A stretch of DNA of 64,000 nucleotides from Candidatus Parcubacteria bacterium (GCA_025999335.1 AP024681.1:523547-587546), one strand, 5' to 3'. Positions 52,819 through 63,928 are shown, counted from the first letter of the stretch. Notes: a model not told the origin generated them from the letters alone. Made by a program: numbers and translations.

Positions 52819-52859
52819 CACAGAAGAATAATTTTCATCCTCTTTTTCAAAAATTTTAA

Positions 52860-53777
52860 TTAATAAGGTTTTAAAAATTTTTCGCTTAGCCATTTTAAAA
52901 GTTCTTTTAAATATGGTAGAAATTGTGTAATAGTATCAACGACTGGGGCGAAGATATTTATTTTCTCAATAATAAGATTATTTAAACGATTAGTCCTATT
53001 AAGCTCTCTAATTAGATAGTTGTTTAATCTTGGAAGCCACTCTTCTTTATAAAGTTCTATAGTTTCGGGTTTTCCTTCTACATAAGATAAAGCTACTTTT
53101 TCTGGATTTAAGATCGAGCCATCAAGTATTTTTTTAATTCTTTCTTCTTTCATAACATAAATAATCCAAGAGTCTCCGTATAATTTTTTCAGCTCTTCAT
53201 CGCTGTAGCCACCTTTTATGATTTGAGAAGTTTCATAGAGTTGAGACCAGAAAGTAAATTCATGATTAAGTTTTGCTGCTCGCAACCTTTCTTTAGCATT
53301 CGTATATTCTTTAAAATACGGAAAGCTGATTAGATTTTCAATGTTCTTTCTAATCGGCGAATCGCTAGGAATTTTAGCCAATACATGATTGGCGATTTCT
53401 AAAACTATTAATTCATACCGCTTCTCTATTATATCCACCGGAGCCTTCTCTAATTTTTGAAAATCTTTAATGTAAATTTCAACTAATTCGTCATTAACAC
53501 CATATTGATTCAAAAGTTCCAATAATTTATATTTATCCAGTTTGTTTTTAGTTTCATCATTCGCTTTTTTCTCGTGTTTCTTTAACTCGGCTATTAATTT
53601 TTTTTCTTCAGTTTTCCAACCTTTTTCTAATCTTCTGATAATGTTTGCCAATCCAGGTGTGTTTAGTATGAAATTAATATAACTTGGCAATATATTTAAA
53701 AATGTTCTAGCATCTCCGTCTTTTAATTCATAATAATATCTTTCTAAAGTTTCTTTAATTGAATTTTTATAATTCAT
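52860..53777 (-). CDS. Hypothetical protein, 305 aa
   Basis: ORF only. Helical, Glu/Lys-rich. Confidence 0.3.
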   Translation of the reverse strand: MNYKNSIKETLERYYYELKDGDARTFLNILPSYINFILNTPGLANIIRRLEKGWKTEEKKLIAELKKHEKKANDETKNKLDKYKLLELLNQYGVNDELVEIYIKDFQKLEKAPVDIIEKRYELIVLEIANHVLAKIPSDSPIRKNIENLISFPYFKEYTNAKERLRAAKLNHEFTFWSQLYETSQIIKGGYSDEELKKLYGDSWIIYVMKEERIKKILDGSILNPEKVALSYVEGKPETIELYKEEWLPRLNNYLIRELNRTNRLNNLIIEKINIFAPVVDTITQFLPYLKELLKWLSEKFLKPY

Positions 53778-54178
53778 TTTTTAATTCTCATAATCTCAAT
53801 ATATTTTAGCAAAATTCAAAATCGTTCTATACAGCAACAACAATTTTTCCTTTGAAGTTTCGTTTAGATCGGGAACGTTCTTTACTACAATTTTCTTTTT
53901 TGACATCCTCAATGCTTTTAATTACGACGACCAAACCAAAAAATCTTCAATTTTCTTTTCTGATTCAATCTCAAAATCTTTTTAAGCTTAGAACCAGTTA
54001 CAAGCTCTGTATCAAAGTAACTTTTTAAACAGAAAATCAGTTAAAAATCTTTTAAATCGTTAATTTTTTCATCTTTGTTGAGCCCCATTATACTAAATTT
54101 CCGCAACTTGTCAAGATCTTTAAAGATATTGAATTTTTGGTAAAATTTAATCATAATTAATTTTAAAGACCTAAGATA

Positions 54179-54874
54179 ATGGAAAAAGAAAATTTTATTA
54201 GTTTTATTAGAGAAAATTGGCTTAGGTTACTTATTAGTATCCTGTTATTTGTTGCAGTTTCAGGAATTATAGCTGGATTTTTTATGAGGATGTCCCAAAA
54301 TAAACAATTTGAAGAATTAAAAAACGAAATGAATCAATCATTTGTAGAATTATTTCAGGCATCACAAGAGGCAAAATTTTGTTTGCAGTCAGAATTTTTA
54401 GAAGATAAAAAATTAATTGAAGAGTGCTATACGAGTTTAAAAAATTACAAAGAAAAATTTAATGAAGTTCAGTTGCTTTTAGGTAAAATAACAGATTACT
54501 TTAAAAAATACCAAAAGAGCATTTCCGATGAAAGAGATAAAAAATTTATTGGAGATTTTATTCGTTTTTTTGAATCAAATTATTATAAAGATATGCGAGA
54601 TGGAATATTAATTTATGCTGGAGTTCTAATTAATTTTTTTGATTATTTAAGAACCAAAGATTTAGATAATCTTACAAACCCTGAGAAAGCAGAATTACGA
54701 GAACTTATTGATGATGTGGCGAACACTGAGAATTCTTTAATTATTAAAGCTAAAAGATTGAAAAATTTTCTTTATGAAAACTTCGATGAAGAATTTATAA
54801 ATTACGCTAAAAAATATATGCCACAAATACTTAGCATAGAAGATACATTAGAAACAGAAAAGCGAGATAATTAA
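54179..54874 (+). CDS. Hypothetical membrane-anchored protein, 231 aa
   Basis: One N-terminal TM segment (LLISILLFVAVSGIIAGFFM), then a helical domain. Confidence 0.3.
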   Translation: MEKENFISFIRENWLRLLISILLFVAVSGIIAGFFMRMSQNKQFEELKNEMNQSFVELFQASQEAKFCLQSEFLEDKKLIEECYTSLKNYKEKFNEVQLLLGKITDYFKKYQKSISDERDKKFIGDFIRFFESNYYKDMRDGILIYAGVLINFFDYLRTKDLDNLTNPEKAELRELIDDVANTENSLIIKAKRLKNFLYENFDEEFINYAKKYMPQILSIEDTLETEKRDN

Positions 54875-54939
54875 ATCTAGAAAAATATTAGGTAGGGGGC
54901 AAATAACGCAGAAATTCGATTTTACTATAACATTTCCAA

Positions 54940-56073
54940 ATGCAACGCGAAGATGAAATCAATAATAAAAATTTATACAATGAAAATCAAGATTTAAATT
55001 TTAAAGAATTCTTAGCTTATTTAATAGATTGTTTAATCTTAGCTATTATTTTCTTGTTTGTTTTGTTTGAGTTTATTTATACTGTTATCCCTGATCATCC
55101 ACAGCGGATCAGCAAAATAGATTTAAAAGAAATTTACCGCGAGCAACAAGAGCAGCTAGACAGACAAATATTTTTTAGCAATACACAAGAATATGAATAT
55201 GATAAACAATCCAACCAAGATTTAGTTCAACTTAAACAAGAACTTGAAAAAATTAAAAAAACGCTTATAGAAACCAAAAAAATAGTTGAGAAAGATAAAG
55301 AAAAAAGAATAGAAATAGAATTACAAAAAAATTATCTTTTAAGTATATCAAAAGATATAAATCAAAAACCAGTAGACGAGACAAATCAAGATTATACAAC
55401 AGAATATCTTATAGAAAAGGCAAAAATTTTCATAGTGAAAGTAGATTGTTTTGATAAACATGGAAACATAGTAGAGGGTTCGGGCATTTTGTATGGTTTG
55501 AATTCTAATAATCAAAGTATAGTTCTGACAAATAATCACATCACAAGGGATGCAGATTTTTGTATTATATCTTATTCTACCGATCCAACAAGAGGCTTAA
55601 TTGATTTTTATATTGCATATTCCGTTTATTACCCATCTGTTATACCTTTAAATATAATGGAACTAATAGATTTTGATTTTCTAAGAATAGAAGCAAAGTT
55701 TAGATTTAACGATGAAGGTAAAATAGAAATAATTCCCGATGCCTCTTTAAAAATCATTAACCATTCACCAACGGTTTGCAGAAGTGATCAAATAAAACTG
55801 GGAGATGGAATAATTGTATTTGGTTATCCTGGGGCTGGGGGGACTTATCTTACTGTCACCGAAGGAATAATTAGTGGTTACGATGGAGATTTTTATCTTG
55901 TTACTTCTGCTAAAATCGATAAAGGAAATTCTGGTGGCGGAGCATTTAGTAAAACGCGTCTTTGTTTAGTCGGGATGCCCACTTTTGCCATAAGAGGAAG
56001 AATGGAAAGCTTTGGTAGGTTAATAAATATGGCTTATATTGAACAAAATTTTCTTTCAAAGATATTTCAATAA
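54940..56073 (+). CDS. Membrane-anchored trypsin-like serine protease (chymotrypsin fold, S1 family)
   Basis: N-terminal TM segment and coiled-coil. The C-terminal protease domain has a His region (VLTNNHITRD), a glycine-rich IVFGYPGAGG segment and a catalytic Ser in the GNSGG-type motif (DKGNSGGGAF). Confidence 0.55.
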   Translation: MQREDEINNKNLYNENQDLNFKEFLAYLIDCLILAIIFLFVLFEFIYTVIPDHPQRISKIDLKEIYREQQEQLDRQIFFSNTQEYEYDKQSNQDLVQLKQELEKIKKTLIETKKIVEKDKEKRIEIELQKNYLLSISKDINQKPVDETNQDYTTEYLIEKAKIFIVKVDCFDKHGNIVEGSGILYGLNSNNQSIVLTNNHITRDADFCIISYSTDPTRGLIDFYIAYSVYYPSVIPLNIMELIDFDFLRIEAKFRFNDEGKIEIIPDASLKIINHSPTVCRSDQIKLGDGIIVFGYPGAGGTYLTVTEGIISGYDGDFYLVTSAKIDKGNSGGGAFSKTRLCLVGMPTFAIRGRMESFGRLINMAYIEQNFLSKIFQ

Positions 56074-56193
56074 GTAAATTCAATTTTTTTTAATAAGTAC
56101 TTTTACTTTTTAGACTTTTTATTTTTGAAGTTACTAAAGAGATGAAAAAAATTAAAGAACAACAAAGGTCGGAATTATTAACAACAAAATAAG

Positions 56194-56466
56194 ATGAACA
56201 AAGATAAAACGATAATTTGGTCAATAGTTATTTTGATTGTTTATTTAATTTTGGTATCTGCTTTTGTTGTTTATTGGCAATTGGTAAGACCAGCAATGAT
56301 TGTTAAAAAATGTTGGGGAGATGCCGAAAAAGTAATGGAAGAAATAAAAGGAGAAGAAAACTCAAGCGAAAGGATTAGGTTGATTTGGGATGTTCGTTTT
56401 AAAAGATTTTGTTTAGCTAAACAGGGGTTGTTACAATCAATTTTCACTGGAGATTTAAGCGAATAA
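56194..56466 (+). CDS. Small membrane protein, 90 aa, hypothetical
   Basis: One TM helix. ORF only. Confidence 0.3.
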   Translation: MNKDKTIIWSIVILIVYLILVSAFVVYWQLVRPAMIVKKCWGDAEKVMEEIKGEENSSERIRLIWDVRFKRFCLAKQGLLQSIFTGDLSE

Positions 56467-56593
56467 TTACCAATGAAATTTGTTTTATTTACTTATAGCG
56501 GAGAAGGACTTCCAATTGCTTATAAAATGCCGGTTTAATTATATTTCAAATAATTTTTTAAAAGTTGATTAATTTTAGATTTTCGAATAAAAT

Positions 56594-56854
56594 TTGAATA
56601 AGATTAATATTAACCTGCCAAAAATGAAAAAGATATTTACCGTCGGTTTAATAGTCCTATTATTAAACTTTCTCTTTTTTAATTTTGCCGAAGCTTATGT
56701 TAGAGTAAGAGGTTATTCTAGGAAAGATGGAACTTATGTAATGCCTCATTATAGAACTTATCCCAATAGATATAAATGGGATAACTGGTCAAGCAGGGAT
56801 AATTATAATCCATTTACTGGTAAAAAAGGATATAAAAGATTGTATTCATGGTAA
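56594..56854 (+). CDS. Small secreted protein, 86 aa, hypothetical
   Basis: Signal-like N-terminus. Tyr/Arg/Trp-rich. Confidence 0.3.
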   Translation: MNKININLPKMKKIFTVGLIVLLLNFLFFNFAEAYVRVRGYSRKDGTYVMPHYRTYPNRYKWDNWSSRDNYNPFTGKKGYKRLYSW

Positions 56855-57804
56855 AACACGAAGAAGCAAAAGAAGTAAAATCTAAAATTATGAGAACAGT
56901 GTTTAATAAATTTATCGTGTTGATAGTTGTATCAAGTTTTATTTTCAGTATAAATATTGGTTACGCTCATCCAGGTAGAACTGATAAATATGGTTGCTAC
57001 GTATGTAGAACCAATTGTTCACGATGGGGGTTGCAATACGGTGAATACCATTGCCATAATAAGAAATTAATGGGTGGTAATAAGAAAAAATCCTCAGAGT
57101 TGAACAAGGAAAATAGCGTAGACAAAGATAAACTTACTAAGCTCTTGCTTGACTTTATAGATTTAAATAAAAGAGTTAGAGATGTCCAAACAAACCTGGA
57201 GAAAGTTAATGCCCAATTAAGTGATATAGAAGAAAAATTTAATTTTTTGAAGAACGAATATAATCTTGAACCGAAAGACGAAGACTCCTTGATAGAGTTA
57301 ATAAATATATTAAAACCTCATATAGAAGAAATGAATAAAAAACTTCCTATAGCTATTGATGTTATAAATAGCTCTTTTAAATTAATATCCGATATTAAGA
57401 CGCAGCAAGAATATTCTGATGTTTTGGGGGTTTATATTACCACTGAAGCTTTTGTAAGTAGTGCCGAAATTCGATTAAAGGATCTCCCTAAAATCCTCAA
57501 TGACCTTACAAAATTGTTAGATATGACCATAAATGCATATGAGCACCGAAAACAATATGAACAATTTCGCCAAGGTGAATACGAAACATTGCAACGATGT
57601 AATAGATTATTATCAGAAATAGATAATCTACGTAGTCAGATAAATAGCATAAGACAAATGGCTTTAGATGAGGCAGCTAAGGCTGGTGGGATTGTGACGC
57701 AATCACAAGTTGAGGAGATTGTTTATAATAGGACTCGAGAAATTTATAATAAAATTCAAGACAAGATTTTAGAAATGAAAATGGCGGGATGCGATGTTTT
57801 TTAA
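56848..57804 (+). CDS. Membrane-anchored protein with an N-terminal Cys/His motif and a long coiled-coil, hypothetical
   Basis: TM segment, then HPGRTDKYGCYVCRTNCSRWGLQYGEYHCH (Cys/His-rich, possibly metal-binding), then about 230 aa of coiled-coil. Confidence 0.3.
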   Translation: MVKHEEAKEVKSKIMRTVFNKFIVLIVVSSFIFSINIGYAHPGRTDKYGCYVCRTNCSRWGLQYGEYHCHNKKLMGGNKKKSSELNKENSVDKDKLTKLLLDFIDLNKRVRDVQTNLEKVNAQLSDIEEKFNFLKNEYNLEPKDEDSLIELINILKPHIEEMNKKLPIAIDVINSSFKLISDIKTQQEYSDVLGVYITTEAFVSSAEIRLKDLPKILNDLTKLLDMTINAYEHRKQYEQFRQGEYETLQRCNRLLSEIDNLRSQINSIRQMALDEAAKAGGIVTQSQVEEIVYNRTREIYNKIQDKILEMKMAGCDVF

Positions 57805-57836
57805 ACTCAGTTTGTTTCTATACGTACAATGGATTT

Positions 57837-58190
57837 TTAATCTTCCTCATCCAGCACAATCAAAGGCTTTCTTTCTATCTCTACCTCTTGCTTTTCAGTA
57901 TACCCTTGCTTAGACGAAAGAAGTTTAGCTATAGCAATGTTTACCTTATTCAATAACCCAGCATTGATTAATAACTTAGTTTGTTTAAGGTTCAAAATCT
58001 CAAGCGTGTCGGAAAATTCTTTATATTGTCTTTTCCATTCATAAATCGTATCTCTGTTAACGCCTAATACCAAAGCCAATCCCTCAATTGAGGGAATAAC
58101 ATCGCCGTATTTTTGATGATTCTCAACATAATCTTTTGCTATTTTTACTACATCCTGACTATATTTTGTTGGTCTTCCTCTTTTAGCCAT
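57837..58190 (-). CDS. Phage terminase small-subunit-like HTH protein. No other phage genes are adjacent.
   Basis: MAKRGRPTKYSQDVV...IPSIEGLALVLGVNRDTIYEWKRQY...LL.AGLLNKVN resembles the N-terminal HTH and core of small-terminase (Terminase_5/P27-like) proteins. Confidence 0.45.
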   Translation of the reverse strand: MAKRGRPTKYSQDVVKIAKDYVENHQKYGDVIPSIEGLALVLGVNRDTIYEWKRQYKEFSDTLEILNLKQTKLLINAGLLNKVNIAIAKLLSSKQGYTEKQEVEIERKPLIVLDEED

Positions 58191-58591
58191 GATCGGTTAT
58201 TAATTTTATCACAAACTAATTTAACCAAAATATATAAAGTAGTAGTGGGGGTTGTTGAAAATATATAAAGTTAAGGTGTGGGTATTAATATTTCATCGCC
58301 AATACCTTCATTTTCATTATCTGTGTTATACTATAACTATCCAAGGTTCGCAATGAATTAATATAGGCGAGCCACGTGCCAGAGTTTGCTTCACAAACAC
58401 GGTACATTGCCGTGAACCGTACTATGCTCTGGTTCACGGTCGTACCAGAGCGAAGCACGGTTTACAGCTCCGCAACAGAGATTAAATTTTTTATCGGTGC
58501 TTTGAGTTTTCGGGTTTTTATTTTGTGAAATTTAATTTGGTAAATTTTTAATTGCCGAGTAGATTATTTTTTAGTAAAATAAAATTGAGAT

Positions 58592-59554
58592 ATGGTAATA
58601 AAAGATAAAGTATACGGAAAAATAAAAATTAAAGAACCTGTTTTGTTAGAATTATTGAAGTCCCCATCGGTTTTGAGATTGAAAAATATTGCTCAATTTG
58701 GCATTCCCGATAAATATTATCACCTTAAAAATTTTAATCGGTACGAACATAGTGTTGGGGTTATGATTCTTTTAAAGAAATTGGGAGCGACGCTAGAAGA
58801 ACAAATCGCGGGTCTTTTACATGATGTTTCAGTTCTGGCTTTTTCTCACATTTCTGATTGGGTTTTCGGAGAGGGACAAAAAGGAATAGAAGATTATCAT
58901 GATAAACTACATAAAATTTTTGTTAAAAATACAGAAATACCGAAAATTTTGGTAAAGCACGATTTTGATCTAGAAAGGATTTTAGATCAGCGTAATTTTA
59001 GTTTACTGGAAAGAAGCGCACCCGATTTATGTGCCGATAGAGTTGATTATTCTTTAAGAGAATTTAAGCATTGGTTAAATCCAAAAATAGTAAGCCTTTG
59101 TATCAAAGGGTTGGTAAATTACAATGGCGAAATGGTTTTCTCAAATCAAAAAACGGCTTTTAATTTTGCAGTTAATTATTTAAAACTTCAAACTCAACAC
59201 TGGGGAGGATATGAAGCTATGATGAGATACTACTTGTTTTCTAGTATTTTGAAAATTGCGATAGAAGAAAAAACTTTGGTAGAAAAAGATTTTTGGAAAG
59301 ACGATAGATGGGTATTAAATAAATTAGAAAGGAGTAAAAAACAAAAAATAAAAGAAGTTTTAAAAGTGTTAAAAAACAAGAGATTAAAAAGAATAAAGAA
59401 CAGTTCAGGTGATAAAATTATTAAAAAATTTAGATACGTTGATCCGAAAGTAATATCAAATGGAAAATTAATTAGATTAAGTCAGTTACTTCCTAAATTT
59501 AAAACAATAATTGATAAACACCGAAAAATAAACGAAAGAGGATTAATTGTATAA
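58592..59554 (+). CDS. HD-domain metal-dependent phosphohydrolase
   Basis: H...HD signature in RYEHSVGVMILL...IAGLLHDVS. A downstream Asp is present. Confidence 0.6.
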   Translation: MVIKDKVYGKIKIKEPVLLELLKSPSVLRLKNIAQFGIPDKYYHLKNFNRYEHSVGVMILLKKLGATLEEQIAGLLHDVSVLAFSHISDWVFGEGQKGIEDYHDKLHKIFVKNTEIPKILVKHDFDLERILDQRNFSLLERSAPDLCADRVDYSLREFKHWLNPKIVSLCIKGLVNYNGEMVFSNQKTAFNFAVNYLKLQTQHWGGYEAMMRYYLFSSILKIAIEEKTLVEKDFWKDDRWVLNKLERSKKQKIKEVLKVLKNKRLKRIKNSSGDKIIKKFRYVDPKVISNGKLIRLSQLLPKFKTIIDKHRKINERGLIV

Positions 59555-59887
59555 ATTTTCGAAAAATACTTTTTATTGAATTAAATTTCAAAAAGTGAGT
59601 CCGCCGAATAGTAGGCGAGTGAAAATTACAGTTGTTTTAAATTTCTCTTTTTTGATTTGCAAATTAAATTAGGTAAAATTACAGTAAAAGTTTGAAACAA
59701 GCTTGATTGCAAAGCACAGAGACTAATTTTCGCTTTTTTCAAAATCACTATTAATTTCTTCGTTTTTCTTTAGTTTTTGCTGGTTTGATAAATTTTTGAG
59801 ATATTTTTAGATTTATCATTTTGTTTAAATAATTTTTATCCACACATTGTATTTGCTGTTCTAAGATTAATTAACTATAATGAAATT

Positions 59888-61897
59888 ATGAATAGATTAT
59901 TAAAATTATTATTTATAATATTTGTCTTTGTGTTGATGATTGTTGGAATAATAAATGTTAAAGCGGAGAAATTATCTATAAAAAATTCCTTAACAAATCA
60001 TTCATTCTATTCTATAAATTCTACAAAAGACATTTTTGGAAATAAAATCGCCTTTTTTAGTTTTAAGAAAGACAATAAAACTAATTTAACAAGCAAACAA
60101 GATATGATGACAAAAATTTCTGTGCCGCAAGTATTAGCTTTAAATGTTAATAAACAAAATCTTGTAAATAAAAATTTACAAACTTCAAAGAAAAAACAAC
60201 CCTTACGACTTCAAAAAAAATCACGAACCATAAAACAAAATAAAAATGCACCGAAACCAATAAATAAAAATTTAAATAAAAGACAATTACAACAAGATGA
60301 TCAAATTTTTAAAGCAATAAGTCAATATCAAGGAAGTGATTCGTTTGGACAATGCGATTCTTTTTCTCCTCAGGTTATTATCAAGGATATTCAAGATACA
60401 AAGGCGCTGGGTTTTGGTTGGGCAAGGCCTATTGGCGATGTATTTGCCCAAGAAACAGTTGAAAGACAGAATGGTAATTACGATTTTTCTACTCCTGATG
60501 CTGCAGTTAGAAAATTGCAAGCGGCAGGTTTAAGGATTTTTGGCACTCTTTTTCCAACAGGTATGCCTAGAATACCACAATCTGTTGATATAAAAAGTTT
60601 TGAAAATTATGTCAAAGTAATAGTTGATCGTTATAATGGCGATGGCAAAAATGATATGCCAGGACTTGTTACTAAAATTACTCATTGGCAAGTTGGCATA
60701 GAACCATTTTGCACTACTGCTGGCGAGAGTTGTTACAAAAATTTCTTTGATTTAGTGAAAACTGCTTACCAAGCAGCAAAAAGTGTTGATACATCGTTAA
60801 TGATTTCTCCTGGAGGACCAGCTCCTATTTTTGATCCTAACGGCAATGAGGATAGAATGGCTGCTGGTATTTTTGGTTATTTTTTTGAAAATGGTGGCGC
60901 AAATTATATGGACTTTTTCAACTTTCATTATCTTGTTGGAGCAAAAAATCATGATATTAAAAGATACATTGATTATTGGAGAAAGTATATTCCTCAAAAT
61001 AAAGAAATTTGGCTCTCGGAAACTGGTAGTCGTGATGTTGGTGATCGACACACTATATCTTCAAATGTTCAAGAAGAAGCGGATTGGGTAAGAAAACATA
61101 TTAATGATTCTTTCCAAGGTGGCATTGCTAAGATTTTTTGGTGTCGCGCTGAACATTCTTATTCTGATATGCCCGAAGTTGTAAAAGTACTTCAAGAATT
61201 CGCAAAGCAATACGGCGGTAATCCTATATGTTCTGTAACTAAAAGGCAAACTCAACCAATATCTATGCAGTCTAATCAGCAAGGAGTAGTTATGCAAGGA
61301 GGTAACATTCAGGAAGGAAATATGCAGCAATTTGGTGGAACAATACCAGCAACTGGAATGGTTCAACAGGGAGGACAATCCCAGATGTTTGGTATGCCTA
61401 ATTTTTCTCAACAACAAAGTGGAAGTATGATGTCTCCTGGAGGTATGCCAATGCAGGGCAATCAAACGCAAGGAGGACAAACGCAAGGTGGGCAACAACA
61501 ATTTGGAGGTATGATGCAACAATCATTAGGAGGGTTTCAGCAATTTGGAGGCAGTTTTCAACAGCCCGGTGGTATGATGCAACAACAAGTTGGTAGTTTT
61601 CAACAGCCCGGTAATTTTCAGCAATTTGGAGGATTTAGTGGCGGAGGTTATTGTGGCGACAATCAATGCGATTTAATCGAACAACAAACTGGAGGTTGTC
61701 CCCAAGATTGTCGTCAGAATAGTGGGACTTTTAAATCTGGTAGTTTTCAACAATTTAGTACTATGATGCAAACAGATGGAAAAACGCAACCTGTTAATAC
61801 TTTTCAACAAATTAAAAATAATTTGCAGCAACCCGAAAGTTTTAGCTCAGATTGTATTCAGGAATTAAATAGGCAAAATACTAGTTTTCAACAATAG
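59888..61897 (+). CDS. Secreted clan-A-like TIM-barrel glycoside hydrolase candidate with a long Gln/Gly-rich low-complexity C-terminus
   Basis: Signal/TM N-terminus. HWQVGIEPF resembles the W.vGNEP acid/base region. IWLSETGS resembles the (I/V)TE(T/L)G nucleophile region of GH5/30/39-type enzymes. The C-terminal ~250 aa consist of QQFGG/MMQQ repeats and end in a Cys-rich tail. Confidence 0.4.
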   Translation: MNRLLKLLFIIFVFVLMIVGIINVKAEKLSIKNSLTNHSFYSINSTKDIFGNKIAFFSFKKDNKTNLTSKQDMMTKISVPQVLALNVNKQNLVNKNLQTSKKKQPLRLQKKSRTIKQNKNAPKPINKNLNKRQLQQDDQIFKAISQYQGSDSFGQCDSFSPQVIIKDIQDTKALGFGWARPIGDVFAQETVERQNGNYDFSTPDAAVRKLQAAGLRIFGTLFPTGMPRIPQSVDIKSFENYVKVIVDRYNGDGKNDMPGLVTKITHWQVGIEPFCTTAGESCYKNFFDLVKTAYQAAKSVDTSLMISPGGPAPIFDPNGNEDRMAAGIFGYFFENGGANYMDFFNFHYLVGAKNHDIKRYIDYWRKYIPQNKEIWLSETGSRDVGDRHTISSNVQEEADWVRKHINDSFQGGIAKIFWCRAEHSYSDMPEVVKVLQEFAKQYGGNPICSVTKRQTQPISMQSNQQGVVMQGGNIQEGNMQQFGGTIPATGMVQQGGQSQMFGMPNFSQQQSGSMMSPGGMPMQGNQTQGGQTQGGQQQFGGMMQQSLGGFQQFGGSFQQPGGMMQQQVGSFQQPGNFQQFGGFSGGGYCGDNQCDLIEQQTGGCPQDCRQNSGTFKSGSFQQFSTMMQTDGKTQPVNTFQQIKNNLQQPESFSSDCIQELNRQNTSFQQ

Positions 61898-61955
61898 AAT
61901 AACGTGATGCAAACTATATTATAATTTTAAATATTAATTAGTTCTTTATTAAAAC

Positions 61956-62363
61956 ATGAACGATTGTGTTTTTTGTAAAATTGTTCGGAGAGAAGAACCT
62001 GCAAAAATAATCTATGAAAATGAAGATGTTATCTGTTTTTTGCCGAAGACAATTCAAGTTTATGGACATACTTTGGTTGTTCCTAAGAAGCACTTTCAAG
62101 ATCTTTATGATATTCCGGAAAATTTACTATGCGAGTTAATTAAAATTGTTCAATTTTTAACTAAAGAGTACAAAACAAAAATTGGAGCTACCGGAATGAA
62201 TGTTTTGCATGCTAGCGGCAAAGACGGTCAACAATCTGTATTTCACTTCCACTTCCATTTATTCCCGCGCTTCAAAGATGATGGTTTAGACACTTGGCCT
62301 CAATTGCCTAAAAAAGATTTTGATGCTGATGAGATGTGGCAGAAACTAAAAATAACTAATTAA
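61956..62363 (+). CDS. HIT-family (histidine triad) nucleotide hydrolase
   Basis: CVFCKIV at the N-terminus. Histidine-triad motif HFHFHLFPR. Confidence 0.8.
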   Translation: MNDCVFCKIVRREEPAKIIYENEDVICFLPKTIQVYGHTLVVPKKHFQDLYDIPENLLCELIKIVQFLTKEYKTKIGATGMNVLHASGKDGQQSVFHFHFHLFPRFKDDGLDTWPQLPKKDFDADEMWQKLKITN

Positions 62364-62893
62364 ATTTATTGTGCTCAAATATATTTTGAAATGAAATATA
62401 TATGAGGCTATAACCTTCATAAAAATCGTAAGTCTCGAAGCGAAGAGGAATAGATTTAGTGTTCAGAGAGAAAAATAAGTTACGATGATTGGCGGGGGAT
62501 AAAGGATAAAGTATATTGAATAAGCGATACAGTTGTAATAAAACGCTTGTTTTAACAGAAAGACACGAACTTCAAGATGCTGTGATATTTGTTTTTTGCT
62601 TACGAAAAGAAATTTTACATCATTTAAGCTTTTAAATTTTGTTCAAAAAATTTAACACAAAGTTTAGTATTCAAATATTTTAGTCTCTATATCTTTTAGC
62701 AATAAAAACCTAAAATTCATTGAACATCTTTTAATAGACATAGAAGAAAAAAGAAAAATTGTATAAAATATTATAAAGTATATCGAAGACGAATCCGCTA
62801 AAACTGTTAGAAAGTTATTAAAATAGAAGTTTGATTTTTAAAAATTATTTAGTGAGGTGACCATTGAGTTTGTTGGAATAAGGATTAAATTTT

Positions 62894-63928
62894 ATGAAAA
62901 CATATTTTTCAACATTTATAACTGGCGCACAAGAAATAATAAAAGAATTTCTTGAAAAAAGAGGATGTAAAGTTAAATTATTGCTTGATGGTTTGGTTGT
63001 GTTCGAGTCTAATCGCCCCGCAAACGAAATTAGGCGCTTCCTGATTTTTAATAATACATTTATATTGCTGCGTTCCTTTAGCAACTTTAAGCCAAACATT
63101 AAATCTTTGGAGAGGATACTTGTTATTATTAGCCATAGCAAAGATTTGCTATCAAAAATTGCAAACAATCTTCCTTCGGGCCGAAGGAATTTTAAAATTA
63201 TATGTTCACTAGAGAATCGAATGGTTTCAGTCCGACGTTCTTTATTAAAAGCACTCGAAGCGATTATTTTAAAAATATATGGCATGAGATTAAACATCAA
63301 AAATCCAGATCTTGAATTTTGGTTTCTTTTAAGGCGCGAAGGGTATGGATTTTTTGGTATAAGAATTACTTATCAATCTAGAAAGGAAAAATATCGTGAG
63401 AGAGGTGAACTTAGAAAAGAAATTGCGTATATTATGAGCTTAATATCTGATCCGAGCCCAGAAGATATTGTAATCGATCCATTTGCTGGGTATGGAAGTA
63501 TACCATTAGAACGAGCAAAGAATTTTTCTTATAAGGAAATTATAGCTGTGGATAAAGATAAAAATCTAGTTTCCCGGCTTAAGGAAAAAGTAAAAACTTT
63601 TAAAAGAAAGATAACTATAATTTGGGGTGATGCGTTAGCTTTGGATGAGACACCCGATTTTTATGTTACTAAAATTATTTCTGATCCACCTTGGGGAGAA
63701 TATAAGAAAATTCCGAATCTAGAGAAATTTTATGAAGCTATGCTTAGAGAATTTAACCGAATTTTAAAACCAAACGGTATTATTGTTCTTCTTATTGGTG
63801 CTAAAGAAATTTTTGAGAAGGTTCTACAAGCTAAATTCTCTCGTGTTTTATTGCTTAAAAGAAAATACGACATTCTTGTATCTGGCAAAAAGGCAGCTAT
63901 TTATTGTTTAGTTAAAAATATTTTATAA
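62894..63928 (+). CDS. THUMP-domain RNA methyltransferase (RlmL/Trm14-like, m2G or m6A class)
   Basis: N-terminal THUMP-like region. Class I SAM-dependent MTase motif I (IVIDPFAGYGSIPLERA) and motif IV (ISDPPWG). Confidence 0.7.
   Translation: MKTYFSTFITGAQEIIKEFLEKRGCKVKLLLDGLVVFESNRPANEIRRFLIFNNTFILLRSFSNFKPNIKSLERILVIISHSKDLLSKIANNLPSGRRNFKIICSLENRMVSVRRSLLKALEAIILKIYGMRLNIKNPDLEFWFLLRREGYGFFGIRITYQSRKEKYRERGELRKEIAYIMSLISDPSPEDIVIDPFAGYGSIPLERAKNFSYKEIIAVDKDKNLVSRLKEKVKTFKRKITIIWGDALALDETPDFYVTKIISDPPWGEYKKIPNLEKFYEAMLREFNRILKPNGIIVLLIGAKEIFEKVLQAKFSRVLLLKRKYDILVSGKKAAIYCLVKNIL

Noticed and set aside
58371-58480. SRP RNA or RNase P RNA in the GC-rich intergenic segment
   Set aside because: No GGAAGGAAGCAGC (SRP domain IV) motif and no GGAAAGUCC (RNase P P4) motif. 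It is kept only as an unclassified structured-RNA candidate.
62364-62893. 530-nt ORF-free region between the HIT and THUMP genes as an ncRNA locus
   Set aside because: No recognisable conserved RNA motifs or strong hairpins by eye. It cannot be supported without covariance searches.
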